Positions 1 through 11,959 of a DNA stretch of 64,000 nt are shown here, piece by piece; position 1 is the first letter of the stretch, and the number at the start of each line of letters is the position of its first letter. The DNA is from Camelus dromedarius (lineage: Eukaryota), in the NCBI RefSeq assembly GCF_036321535.1, contig NC_087436.1:116500001-116564000 (forward strand), written 5' to 3'. The notes under the pieces were generated by a model that saw nothing but the letters and a program-made list of their open reading frames with translations, searched no databases and was not told the origin of the DNA. The position numbers were made by a program, and so were the translations under genes.

Positions 1-400
1 GGAAGTTTAAAAAATATACAAGAAAGTATAACAAACCACCATGTAGCCAACCACAACTCAGCTTTTTCAATGTTCAACATTTTACCAATCTTGTCTCCTC
101 TCTCTGACCCCACACGTTTTCCTTAAGTTCTTTAAAGCAAATTCCAGATAAAATGCCTTTTCAATCTATGCATAATTTTGTCTGCATATCTAACAGACAA
201 GGACATTTTTTTAAAAAACAGTACCACCTGGCCATTATTACCTCTAACAACAACAACAAATTTCCATGATTTAATCTGGTACTGGTTCTATATTTTCCCA
301 GTTGACTCAAAGATGCCCTTTTACAATTTGCATTTGAGTCAAGATCCAAACAAGGTCCACACATTGCATCTGGTTGTTAGTCTCCTAAGTCACTTTTTAA
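1..400 (-). mobile_element. Old L1 3' end fragment (L1MC4/5-like)
   Basis: tcaagatccaaacaaggtccacacattgcatctggttg resembles the antisense L1MC 3' UTR (from memory). Confidence 0.6.
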
Positions 401-404
401 AAGT

Positions 405-545
405 TAAATTTCTTATCCTGAGATAATCATAGGTTCACATGTAGTTGTAAGAATATTACAGAGATCCTGTGCACCCTTCAGTCACTTGACCCCAATAGTA
501 GCACTTTGCAAAATTATAGTACAGTTTCACCTCTGGATAGTGACA
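405..545 (-). mobile_element. Old L1 3' terminus (L1MC1-3-like)
   Basis: gttcacatgtagttgtaagaatattacagagatcctgtgcacccttca...ccccaatagtagcactttgcaaaattatagtaca. Confidence 0.6.
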
Positions 546-1850
546 AATGGCATTGTCACTGGGCTGAGTTTTGAAAAACATGTTAATATTTCAAAACTCA
601 TAAAGTGGTAGCGGCTAATGGAGATATGTTATTTACTTTCTTGTTTAGTTCACTCATTCTCATCTAACTTTACTTCCTTTGTAAGAAGAGAAACACTATC
701 TTAAGTAATGCCTTGAGAGGGGGACTGCGATACAGACCTGCCTTATTAAGGTCATGTCATATGTTTTTCGAGGGGGTTAAGGGTGACCTCATCTCACAGA
801 AACACACAGGCCAATGTGACCATGCGTAAGCTGGTCTGGTTTCCACCAGACCCTGTTAATTCCCTAGGAGATCATTCACTGCTAGGAAATCTGGCTTCAG
901 AAACAGCATCTGTGTAACCCCAGAGGACACCTCAGTCTCAAGATAAACAAACCTTTAAGGATCAGCCATAAAGGTGAGACAAGCTATGAATTGATGTCCT
1001 TCCTGCCACTCTTACCTAGTGGGACCAATGATCACTCCCGTCCAGAGAGGACGTTTCACACAACTGCCAGTTTGCAGAAGGAACTGCTCAGGTGTGCGGC
1101 TGCAGTATCAATCCCCCAGTAAGTAATTTCACTTGAAAATAATTTCTGAAACAGCTAAACAGAGATCAGTGGGCTATTTTGTGTTCCCCTAATATTTGCA
1201 GCTGTCTTTAAGAAGAGATAACAGACCTGCTATCTGGGTCCTGACGGTCAGCAGTCAGGAGTGTGTGTATGTGGACTTGCTTGTAGATGTGTACATGGAA
1301 GCAATGAAGGAAAGGAGACCATTTTTAAGCACCCTGTATGTATCAAGAACTGTGGTAGATGGCACACCCATCCCACCTTTAAATCCGAGCATTTGGATTT
1401 GTGAAATGAGATTTCACTCTCCATGTTTATTATAAGGGGATATAGAGTATTCTCAAGATCTCCCAGCTGGTGGGCGCAAGTAAAGATTTAAATGAGAGCC
1501 CAGAGAGCATGCCCTTTCATCCTTTGAGTTTTCTCTCTTCACATCACTGCTCTGCTCTGTGCTGTGAGGGTCATAGAAGGTTCTGAAGGAACTGAAGATC
1601 TTATTAAGAGTCATGGTAGACTGTTTTAACTACTGGGAACCTGTCTCTCATTTTAACCAAGCAAGATCCTATTGTCATCATTGGTGACCATCTGATAACT
1701 GTAATGGTTTTTATAACTGCTTAACTCTGTAATGTTTTAAAGGGTTTTTCTCATGCTCTTGCTGACCAGATTTGGGCTGGAAAGAAGGGAGGCTTGGATG
1801 GTCCACCTAACTCCCTTGTGGTGCTGGTGCTGCTTGCAGGGATCATGCTC

Positions 1851-1910
1851 AGTGCCCTGCTCTTAACCCCAGTGCCCTCCTCTTGACACCAGTGCTCTCC
1901 TCTTGACCCC
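1851..1910. repeat. 3 x 20-bp tandem repeat inside the LTR
   Basis: agtgccctgctcttaacccc / agtgccctcctcttgacacc / agtgctctcctcttgacccc. Confidence 0.95.
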
Positions 1911-2173
1911 CTTGTGGTTTCCTTATATCCTGTTGTTCAAGCTGCAAACTTCAGCCTGCAGCAGGTGGTCCCAGGCTTCAGTCTGCTGAAAAGCTAAAAG
2001 CATTTATCAAACTAACTTTAAACTGCATAAGTTTTTCTCTAGAGCTCTTTTCCATGGAGCCCCTTCCTATGCACCCTTTGTTTTATGTACAAAAATATTA
2101 AGGGAGTCCCAAAGCCAGAGGTGAACTTTATACCCAGCAGAGGGAAGGGACCCACTGCATCTACAAAAACAGG

Positions 2174-2204
2174 AACAATTTTGCAACAATTTTGCAACAA
2201 TTTG
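2174..2204. repeat. ~3 x 11-bp tandem repeat (AACAATTTTGC) inside the LTR
   Basis: aacaattttgc aacaattttgc aacaatttg. Confidence 0.95.
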
Positions 2205-4288
2205 TTACCCTGTACTTGATCTCTATGGAAACTAGCTCTGCCCCTTGAACTCTTGAACTTTTACTATAAAACCCCCACCTTCCTTCCCCAGTAGGCTCTC
2301 AGTATTAGAGTCATTAGCCCACTGTGACCTCCTTTGCCTGGCAAAGAAATAAAGCTGCCTTTTCTACTTCATCCAAAACTGTCCTTAATTCTCAATTCCT
2401 AAGCGGGGTACGGAGGCTGAGTTTCAGCAAAACCATCACACTGCTTACTCATTCACAGCACTCGTTTCTGATGGAAAGCAATTTTTGCTTGTTTATTTGC
2501 TTATTGGACTTTTAACATTAATTAGTTGATTAATTTTTGATTATTCGATTTTAGTTTATCTCCCCTGCTGGAATTAAGGAGAGAAATGGACTGTTTGGAT
2601 CTCCTTAGGAGTTCCTGGAACATTGCAGACATGAAGAGTACATTTATTGTGAGGATAAAAAGATAAAGTGAAATGCCTGTGCCTGGGATTTAGCTGGTGC
2701 TTAAAAATTTGTGGCCCCCTTTTGTGGCATGGAGAAACCTATTTGCCTGCATTAAGAGATGCCTGAAGCTCGGTCCTCAGCTACCTTTCCAGTCTCATTT
2801 CCAACCACTGCCTTACAAACACTCTCTCTATTCTCACTGCATTCTCTCCTCCCTAAAGGCCTTACGTGAATTCTACCTCTGCTTATACCAGCTACCCACC
2901 AATATGCACTTTTCTTAATGCTTTCTCTTCTCTCAGTTTCTCTCTCTCTTGGCCTCATGTTAGAATCTTGTGGCTTTTAAAGATCTGAATGAGGTTCCTA
3001 AAGTGCAGCCACAGTTGAGAACCACTGACATGTCTGGTGTCTGTGCAGCTCAAGAAACACATGTCTGGAGGGATTGGTGAGGTTGGTAGCCAGCGTTAAA
3101 GGCATTTGCAGTTCTGACCAAGTGAAGCTATATTTCCAGACCTGAATTACCTCTCCCCATCCTTCCCTCTTTGCTCTGAGATCATGTGGCCCTTCCATTT
3201 CTCCCCATTTCATTTGGCACTTCTCTGTCTCACCTTATTTTGTAAGTTATTTTTCATGTTAGCTCTTTAGTTTGTCTATCCAGATCTGCAGAGAGCAGGG
3301 CATTTGCAAAAATACAAAGCATCATGTACCACTGATGCTCCAGGGCTCCTACATGCTGATTGATAAGGAAAGTTTGATAATGACATGACCCCAGAGTCCT
3401 CCCTGCACCAACACCCCACACAGCCTCATTAAAAAGCAGGAGGAAGTGGGAGGGGAAGAAATAAAGTAAGCTCAGCATAACCAAACTCCCCTCCTTCCCA
3501 GGGAGCTGGCTCCGTCTCCCTCCCTCTTCCTGTTGTGCTTGACACTTAGTTCATTTACTCAACAGACATTTCTTAAACATCTACTTATGTGAGCCAAAGA
3601 AACAAAGTCCTCGGGAGCATTCTTGACCTGAGAAAAGTGCTAGGACCTTCCCTAATATGCATTAGTGGGTCTGGAGCAAACTGAAACATATCTGTCCCTC
3701 TTCTTCAATCTCATCCCATTTTATTTTTTGCCCAAAAAAGTATGAGACTAGGGGAAACTGGGGGTTAGGACAGGGCTATATGGGAGCTGCTGTACTCTTT
3801 GCTTTACTTTTCTATAAATCTAAAACTGCTTATAAAAGTCCAATTTAACAGATATGTGGTTACCAGGTATTTCCCAAGTGCTGTGATTATGTGCATTTTT
3901 ATTAAACTGAGCAAATATTTGTGGAGCATTTTCGACACACTTAATAAATATACAGAGGTGATGGGAAAGGGCCAGCCCAGAGTCCGTGGGAGAAATGCAA
4001 ATGCACTCGATGAACAAGCTTGCGAATATCAGCTGGGTGGAAATGACCTGAAAGAAAGAACCTACAGGGAAATAAGGAGTGTGGTCCAAGAAAGGACCCA
4101 GATGAAATCAGCAGAATGGTACAAATTCTTGCGCTGGCTGTACTACCTAGATTCAGATCCTGGGGCTGTCACTTACTTGTTGAGTAAGCAATAAAAAGTT
4201 ACATGATCCCTCTATTTCTCTGTTTCCTCTTCTATAAAGTGGGATAATGACATCTCCTTAGATTGTTGTTAGAGGTTTAAATGAATTG

Positions 4289-4743
4289 TTTTAAAAATAT
4301 TATGACATTGTTAAGATGATAAGGAAGACTTTATTTAGCACTATTGCAACTGGTGTCAAGACTATCACAATAAGGAGGAGAGACCAGACTCAACTCTGAG
4401 TACAGCAAAAGCAGTTGGGGATTTATAGCCAGTGGGCAGAGTTGGGGGTCATTGGATGGAAAATCATTACCAAGAGGAGATATCTATCAAATGGTAGAGG
4501 GATTATTGCTAAACCAACTCAATAAAATTCTTGCTAAAGGCAGGCCAAGACGATCAGATATCAAGTGTGTAGGATGAGGAATTTGATCAGATATCAAGGG
4601 TGATTGTATATTAAGGGTGGCGAAGGATTCTCACTAAACTGGCTTAGCCAAATTCTTGTTAAAACTGGGCTATGCAGGCCCAACAAGGGCAGAAGGCTCA
4701 GAGGAGCCGGACTAAAGGTTAGTCAAGGAAAGAGTCTTTGTCA
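4289..4743 (-). mobile_element. MER31-like ERV1 solo LTR
   Basis: Reverse complement begins TGACAAAGACTCTTTCCTTGACTAACCTTTAGTCCGGCTCCTCTGAG; 4-bp TSD attg at 4285-4288 and 4744-4747. Confidence 0.85.
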
Positions 4744-4779
4744 ATTGATACATTAAAAGCATTTATATCAACGTCTGGT

Positions 4780-5158
4780 TGTCTTAGTCTGCTCAAGCTG
4801 CCATAACAAAATGCCATGCCTTGGGCAGTTTAAGCAACAGACATGTATCTCTCATAGTCTGGACGCTGCAAAGCCCAAGATTAAGGCTCAGAAGATTCTG
4901 GTCCTGGTGAGAATCACCCTCCTGGCTTGCAGATGCATGCCTTCTCACCATGTGCTCACGTGGCCATTCCTCTGTGTGTACGCATGGAGGCAGAGACCAC
5001 TGTCTTCCTCTTCTAAGGAAGGCACTAATCCCATCACAGGAGCCCCACCCTTACGACCTCATAATCTCCAAAGGCCCTACCACCAGATACCATCACATTA
5101 GGGGGTCAGAGCTTCAACATATGAATTCTCAAAGGGCACAAACATTGAGCCTGTAACA
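4780..5158 (-). mobile_element. MLT1A-type MaLR solo LTR
   Basis: tgtcttagtctgctcaagctgccataacaaaa...aaacattgagcctgtaaca; 5-bp TSD ctggt/ctagt. Confidence 0.9.
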
Positions 5159-6544
5159 CTAGTTAGGACAGAGTAGATACCCAATATCGGTGCTGTTGAA
5201 TCCTGATTCATTCCATTTTTTCCCATTATAAAATCAATCCATGACCATTTTCAAAGTTTTGGAAGATAATAAAAGCTAGCATATAAATACGGTAAATATC
5301 TTCTTACCTTTTCCAGCTTAGACAAGTTTAATATCTTTTTTTCCTTGATATAGGTGAGTTTAATATAGAAATTTCTGTACCTATTGTTTTTGTTTAGTTA
5401 TAACAGAGAATGTTTCTATGTTATACCAAATTGTTTGTAAATGCATGTTCAGAGTACAGAGTAAATTTACTTTATAATAAGATTTAGATCAATTCCTGCT
5501 TTTCCCTAAAATCACACAGCTACACACATCTTTGATAATAATGCCTGCTCTGCAGTAAGGACTGTTTCCTTACACACGATTGTGAGAACAAGAAATCAAA
5601 AGTAAATCCCCCCCATTAGCCTGTTGGTGATGGAACCTTCACTGTGACTATTAACCAGGGGGATACATCCCTCATCTCACTACTGGGTCCAGGAAAAGTA
5701 ACTGCCTTCTTTGAGGCTTTTTTTTTTTTTCACCTATAAATGGGCTAAAACTGCCAGCTGAACCAACTTGGTGCAAAGATTAAATGATTTGTCAAATGAA
5801 AAATAAAAATCTAGTAATGCACCCAGGACAAGCAAATGACATAATATCCAATTTAACTCAGAGTCTACATAAAACCTACATAACGTTCCTTTACCGTATT
5901 TTCTTAGAATTTCCTCCTTTTTAGCCGGAAGTCCTTGGACTGGGGTGCGCTGTGTTCAGAGCCCTTGGCAAGCGGGCTACTTTACGTCTCTGCTAGCAGG
6001 GAGGGTCCAACAGCTGGGGCTCCCGGGGGGAAGATGGCTTGCCTCCATCACATTCCTCCCACACCAAAAGCTGGGAGCTGAACACAAATGTATCAGAGCG
6101 ATTCGACCCTTCAGGGCCTGAGAGCTGTCCAGGCTCCTCTAGTGCTCACACTGTCTAAGGAAATGACCGTGTGCCCAGACGTACTTTCTCCCACCCTGGA
6201 AGGCCACGTGGTTAGCACTAGGAGTGTATTGGAGGAGGATGCCCAGCACCTCCACAGAAACAGCCTATGTGGCAGCCCCTCTTGGGTACACGTACTGTCA
6301 ACATTTTGTTTGTAATTTAAGGGATTCAAAAACTTCCAGAAGCCTAGGCCTGGATGAGCACCAAGTTAAAAAATCTTACTCTAGGTATATTGATGATTTA
6401 TTGAAATCACTTTCCAGATGCTACCCTATCCAGAATAAATATCAGTTGTATTCGTTTAGAATTCAAATAAGGTGTCTATGATATATTTATTTTTTTGTGC
6501 ATACATATATTGACACACAGGTTTTTTTGGTTGTGTTTTGTTTC

Positions 6545-6933
6545 TTTTTTTTTAACATTTTTTATTGATTTATAATCATTTTACAATGTGTCAAATTCCA
6601 GTGTTCAGCACAATTTTTCAGTCATTCATGGACATATACACACTCATTGTCACATTTTTTTCTCTGTGAGTTATCATAACATTTTGTGTATATTTCCCTG
6701 TGCTATACAGTGTAATCTTGTTTAACTATTCTACAATTTTGAAATCCCAGTCTATCCCTTCCCACCCTCCACCCCCCTGGTAACCACAAGTCTGTATTCT
6801 CTGTCTGTGAGTCTATTTCTGTCCTGTATTTACGCTTTGTTTTTGTTTGTTTGTTTGTAGAATGTCATTCTAAGTGAAGTAAGCCAGAAAGAGAAAGAAA
6901 AGTACCATATGCGATCGCTCATATGTGGAATCT
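6545..6933 (-). mobile_element. Young camelid L1 3' end with a 5' inverted segment (6858-6933 in + orientation)
   Basis: Poly-T then antisense 3' UTR matching 45150-45450; a sense piece matches 45066-45140; TSD about ttgtttc(t/a)ttttt. Confidence 0.9.
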
Positions 6934-7561
6934 TGTTTCATTTTTAAAAAGAAGTAGCATAAGGACAACTACTCATTTGATGGACCCTTAGTGGAATCTA
7001 CATTTAAGTCCTGAATCTGCTAGGTCACTTTATCAGTTCAGCTCACATTCTGCTAAAGAGGAAGGAACGTCGCTCTGGCCAGCACTGCAGCCTCACTTCC
7101 CACCCCTTGTGGTTAGGACCGAATGTAAAAGTGCTTTAGAAAAATCAGACTGCCATTAAAGCAGAAGAAACAGTTGTTACAGTAAGTTTTTATTACTCTT
7201 GTTTCTGGGAAGATTAGCTCTTAATGCTGGAAAATCTAATGTCAAATTCTCCAAACAGAAGAGGCAAGCCAATAAAGGAAATATGAGTTTTTCACAGTAA
7301 CTTTGAGTAAGTAAAGTGTGTGTTGCTTTGCTGCAAATTCAGAGACAGATCCACGGTTAGCGCACAACCTTCCACAGACTTCTAATCCAGCTTCTTCTGT
7401 AGTCTCAATCCAGTAACTAGACGTGCTGGCTCTGAGACAGTCCTGCAAGCTCTCACTTTTTCACCCATGCCAGGGCTGGCTAATGTCAACCAGTTGTCTA
7501 AGATTTAAATCTTCTTAAACTCTGATTCATGGAGGTGCTGCCTCAGACTGAACTCTGGCTG

Positions 7562-7595
7562 GTGTGTGTCTGTGTGTGTGTGTGTGTGTGTGTGT
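7562..7595. repeat. (TG)n microsatellite
   Basis: Direct reading. Confidence 0.95.
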
Positions 7596-7989
7596 TGCCT
7601 GTGCTTGCTGATTACACAGCCTAATTCTGACTCAGAGACCATCTTTACAACGTCTGCCACAGCCACCACCACACCCCCCCCCCATCTCCCTGGCTGTTCC
7701 TCAGTGAACGAGGCTATGTGAACATGATTGCTGTGGTTGACCACAATGAACACATGCCTTGGAGCTTACAAGAAGCGCTTAGCGGTGGTTTTCCTGACAT
7801 GAATCAGAAGGTCATCTTTCAGGATCTCCCCTCTCCTTGTGCAATGACCTCAGTCAAAACCCCAGGCCCTAAGAGAACAAGAGAAGCCTGGTAAAAAAAA
7901 TGGACAAGAAGCTACAACTGTAGCTTAGAGCCACAGCAGTGCATCCTCCACTGGTGGGCTTGTGTGTGGCAACCTGCAGCTAGAAGCAG

Positions 7990-8135
7990 ACCGTCATCAG
8001 GAATCCTGAGGTCAAGTGCTTACCTGCCCCTTTCACAAGATGTGTGCTTGCTTCGCCTTTCTGAGCCTTAAACTTTTCATCTTTGAAATGTAGCTAAGCA
8101 TCTGCAGTTCATGAAGTTGTGAAAGTGATAACCTT
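7990..8135 (+). mobile_element. MIR fragment
   Basis: ctttctgagccttaaacttttcatctttgaaatg core. Confidence 0.55.
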
Positions 8136-8199
8136 TTGTGAATAGCAAAATTTTAGATCAGTATTTGAATATACTATAAACAAAATGTGATAGACATTC

Positions 8200-8690
8200 A
8201 TATCAAGGTTCAATCAGGGAAGCAGAACTCCTATAAAGGTTATGGAATCAGAGTCTTGTGAGACTTAGACTGTAGACAACTGGTCTACACCTACCAGTCC
8301 TGGCAAGTGCAAGAGAGTTGGCACTTGCTGAGGGATCCTGGAGCTAGCGTATCTTGCTGCTGGATTGAGACTGTAGAAGAGGCTAATGCAGAAATCTTTG
8401 GGACGTCCTTACCACTTCATAGACCCACCTGGGTGAATTTATAGCCAAGTATCTACTGGCAAGCAGGGGTCACAATGGTCAGCAGAACTGGGGATCAACA
8501 GAATAGGCTTTGACTCCACCTTCTCAAGTGCTGTATTGATGCTATCAGATCAACACCACTGCTGTCTGCTAAATACTCTCTGACAGTAGCTTCACTGGCC
8601 ATAGTACAAACCCCCAATTCCCTGATAAGACAGTCACAGTCTGAGTTCTACAGAGTTCAGGACAATTTCAGCCTTCTCTGCTAGTGACCC
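8200..8690 (-). mobile_element. Probable ancient LTR fragment, family uncertain
   Basis: aaggttcaatcagggaagcagaac resembles the antisense 3' end of old ERVL-type LTRs. Confidence 0.35.
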
Positions 8691-9749
8691 CATCACTCGC
8701 CTTACTTTCTGCACGCAATGAAATATTTGCTGCTTTTCAAATACAGTGTGAGTTTTCAACCTTGTGTCTTTTATTGGCCTAGAATGCTTCCCAACCTGCT
8801 TCTGCTTAGTGGCTTGTTTGCTCTTCAATTCCATCTCAAATACAGCAGTCTTGAAAATTGAGCTGAGTAGAGCAGGGAAATTTGGCTGCTCCAGAGCTGG
8901 CAGAGAAGAGCTGTTCTCACACAACAACCAATGTATTTACTGATATTTGGGGCTCAGAGGCTCTCCTGAAGAATGTAGGGCAGACATCCAAACCACGTAT
9001 CTCACGCATTTAGCAGAGAAGCCCTAAGAGGAGGCCTCCCCTGTGAAAAGAGTGGAGGGCAGACCGCAGGGCTGCAGCCAGTTGCAAGAGATGGTTCCCT
9101 CCCACTGTGCAGCTGAGATCAAAACTCTGGCACTGTGCATATGTGTCTTGGAAATAAATGGTCAGATTCTGTAAATCTAAAATATCTTATTGAGGATGTA
9201 TCTGGGGGCCTAAACAGAATGGCCAGGAAGGATTCTGAGAGAGGACTGCAAGAACCACCAAGGCCTGGGAAGTGGGAAGGGGAGCAGAAAGGAAGGCACC
9301 AGACTTCCAGAGTCAGCAGCTCAACTGGGAGCCCATTGCCACAGGGTTTAGTGGCAGGTTGTCAAACAGCTGCAAGATGGCGACCCTGATTTAAAAAAAA
9401 AAAAAAAAAAAAGCAGTTTTCGGTAAGAACACAAGACCCCTACTGACTCTTAAACAATGTAGTAAAAGAAATCCCAGCATATTGAAGACATGAAAAGTTG
9501 AGTTCTGTTACTTGGGTAACTAGAGCAATAAGCCCGTCCAATTTGGTTATTTAATGGAAAAGTAACTTTGTTGTGTTGCCCCCACGCTGATGGGGCTTTG
9601 ACAGTGTCACACAACAGATGAGAAACACAAAGCCAAGGAAGGAAAAGGAAAAAGAGGGAGGGAAAAAGAGAAGTGACACATATTCCAAGTGCCGTAAGCT
9701 GGGTGGAGGCAGTCTTTGCTCTCAGGTAGCACACATTATAGTGTTCTCA

Positions 9750-9890
9750 TCACAAATCTGCAAGAGAGGCATTTTCAACCACGTCTTACTACTCTTAGTA
9801 GAGGGGGTGAAGCTAAGAGAGGCTCGTCAACTGGTTCCAGTTCTCAGAAGAGGCAGGTGGCAGAGCAAATTCTCCAGAAACCCAAGCTAT
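9750..9890 (-). mobile_element. MIR fragment
   Basis: tgaagctaagagaggc...aggtggcagagc...aacccaag. Confidence 0.5.
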
Positions 9891-10187
9891 TATGCTTGTA
9901 AGGGGTATATCCCCAGTCACTTAGATTTCTGTTCACATTAAAGGCAGATGACCGTGGAAAGCTCATTTGATTTGGTACATTAGTGAACATGATCGTCTTC
10001 TAGGGTCATCCCATTATCACCCAGTATCTTGCTTCCTTTCTTTCTGCCAGAATTAGAAAGAGAGGTGTGCTCTTAGTGCCCATAATTGTAGTTTAAATGT
10101 TCCTTTTTGATGTTAGAAAGTATTTTCTCAGCTAGAAAATTCCTTTTCTAATGATAATTCCACCAAACTGGATTTTGGGGAAAATTT

Positions 10188-10258
10188 TATATATATATAA
10201 TTTATATATATATATGTGTGTGTATATATATAATTGGCCCATCTGCATATATATATGT
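10188..10258. repeat. TA-rich simple repeat
   Basis: Direct reading. Confidence 0.85.
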
Positions 10259-10334
10259 CTAATTGGATGGTGAGGGATGGAAGCTAAAACAAGAATTTGC
10301 AAAGAGTGCATTCCATAGACTCCAGATAATTTAT

Positions 10335-10475
10335 CATGCACCTTATGTAACATTGCCTCATTTTGTATTCACAACAGTCTTAGAAGATAGGTATTTCTAT
10401 CCACATTTTAAAGATGAATAAATAAGCTCAGACAAGTTAAAATGCTTTCTAAGTATATAACACAGGTAAGTAGCA
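10335..10475 (-). mobile_element. MIR fragment
   Basis: cattttaaagatgaataaataagctcagacaagttaa. Confidence 0.65.
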
Positions 10476-11534
10476 ATTTATTTATTTCCTCTAATCCTGG
10501 ATACCTTCATTAGCCAAAAGAGATCCCACATCTAATTTTAAAACTATCTTAATAAACTGTCCATTCCTTGTCAGTAAAGGTGTGTGTCTATCTGATAACA
10601 TCTCCATATCCAATCCCCAGGGGAATGCCTAGTGCATAGGAGATGATCAATATATTTGTTGATCAAATGGTTCCTGAGAGGAGGAATCATGTGGGCTATT
10701 GGCATTGTTCTAGAAATGCCCTTAATGTCCTGAATTCTATTTATAGAGGTGACACTTGGAATGGAATATATATAACTAGTTTCTAAACTTGGCTTGGGTT
10801 TGCATGACCTAAAATGTGTCCGCCTCTAAAAGCTAAAGCTAGGACATATTTGCACTGATAATATGGTGTGTTTGTAGGAAATTTTGACACTTAAAAGTAC
10901 ATTACTGTCGGGTGGCTGGTGTCAATAACTAGTGTAAAAGGTTTATGTATGCAACAAATCTTTGGAATCCTCCACCAGAGGGAATAAACTCCCCAATTTG
11001 AAAAAATAAATCCAGAATGATTCATTTGCAAATATGAGTGTAGACTCTTTTCTTGTGTAGGATGATGCAAAGTTTTTTGATTCTTTTCTTAATATGACCT
11101 TTGCTAGTCAATATCATTTCTCCAGTTTAGGCATACACACACACGCACGCATGCACACATGCATGCACGTACTGCTCCAGGCTTTAAGAAATGTAGGAAA
11201 AAGTGACAGCTATATCTAGATTCATTTCAGAGCTTAGGGTTTTGTTACAGAAAAGCAGACATAAATGATTAGTAATACATGTAAGATAATAGGCACTAAT
11301 TGCAAGATTGGGTCAAGGCCATGTCAGATTTAAGCAAGTGATAAACAAGGGAATGTCAGAGGATCCAAGAAACGTAACAAAGGCAGAGGGGGTCTCCTAA
11401 CCATGCAAGAAAGCCCTTCGCCTTGCAGATAATAGGTAGTAGCTTGAGCTAACTTGCATGGTAAGGGGAAATGTATTAAAAGGGTAGAAGGAGTCCTGTC
11501 TGAAGGCAGATGCTGAGATGGCTTTAAGAGTGCT

Positions 11535-11959
11535 GTCTATCTATCTGTCTATCCATCCATCCATCACCTACCTACCCATCTGTATGTAAGAGAAAGAAAT
11601 TTATTTGGAGGGATTGTCTTACATGATTATGATTGGCTTATGCAACCATGGGGCCTGGCTGGGTAAAGTTTGGAAACTGAAGGGCAGGTAGCAGACTGGA
11701 CACTTAGGCAGGAGCTGCTGTGTCAGCCTTGACACAGAATTTCTTCTTTCTCACAGAAACGTCAGTCTGCTCTTAAGCCCTCCAACTGATTGGATGAGGT
11801 CCACCCACGTTGTCTGTGGTGGTCATCTTTACTAAGTCAAGTGATTGTGGATTTTTAACCACATCTACAAAGTATCTTCAGTGCAACACTCAGGTTACTG
11901 TTTGATTAATTAACTGAGAGCAGACATCTCACCAAGTTGTCACATAAGATTAACCAGCA
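11535..11959 (-). mobile_element. MLT2B-type ERV-L LTR, 3' end missing, with a TCTA/TCCA simple repeat
   Basis: caactgattggatgaggtccacccac...ccaagttgtcacataagattaaccagca, the antisense MLT2 5' end. Confidence 0.85.

Larger units (their letters stand above)
1757..2432 (+). mobile_element. Solo ERV LTR (ERV1-like, probably lineage-specific)
   Basis: Inverted termini ttgctga...tcagcaa, U3-type tandem repeats, TATAAAA at ~2266, AATAAA at ~2348, U5-like end ggctgagtttcagcaaaa. No clean TSD; the start could instead be 1931. Confidence 0.7.
4130..5190 (+). mobile_element. MIR SINE split into three pieces (4130-4288, 4744-4779, 5159-5190)
   Basis: MIR core ctctgtttcctcttctataaagtgggataat; the MIR tail resumes after each inserted LTR. 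Confidence 0.75.

Noticed and set aside
833..852. Hairpin ggtctggt-ttcc-accagacc
   Set aside because: An 8-bp stem is expected several times by chance in 64 kb and is too short for a pre-miRNA.
1851..1910. CRISPR-like repeat array
   Set aside because: Head-to-tail repeats without spacers inside a mammalian LTR.
7500..7513. 14-bp palindrome aagatttaaatctt
   Set aside because: AT-rich and within chance expectation.
9393..9412. Poly-A runs as processed-pseudogene tails (also ~20485, ~22774, ~36549)
   Set aside because: No TSD and no recognisable mRNA-like sequence upstream.
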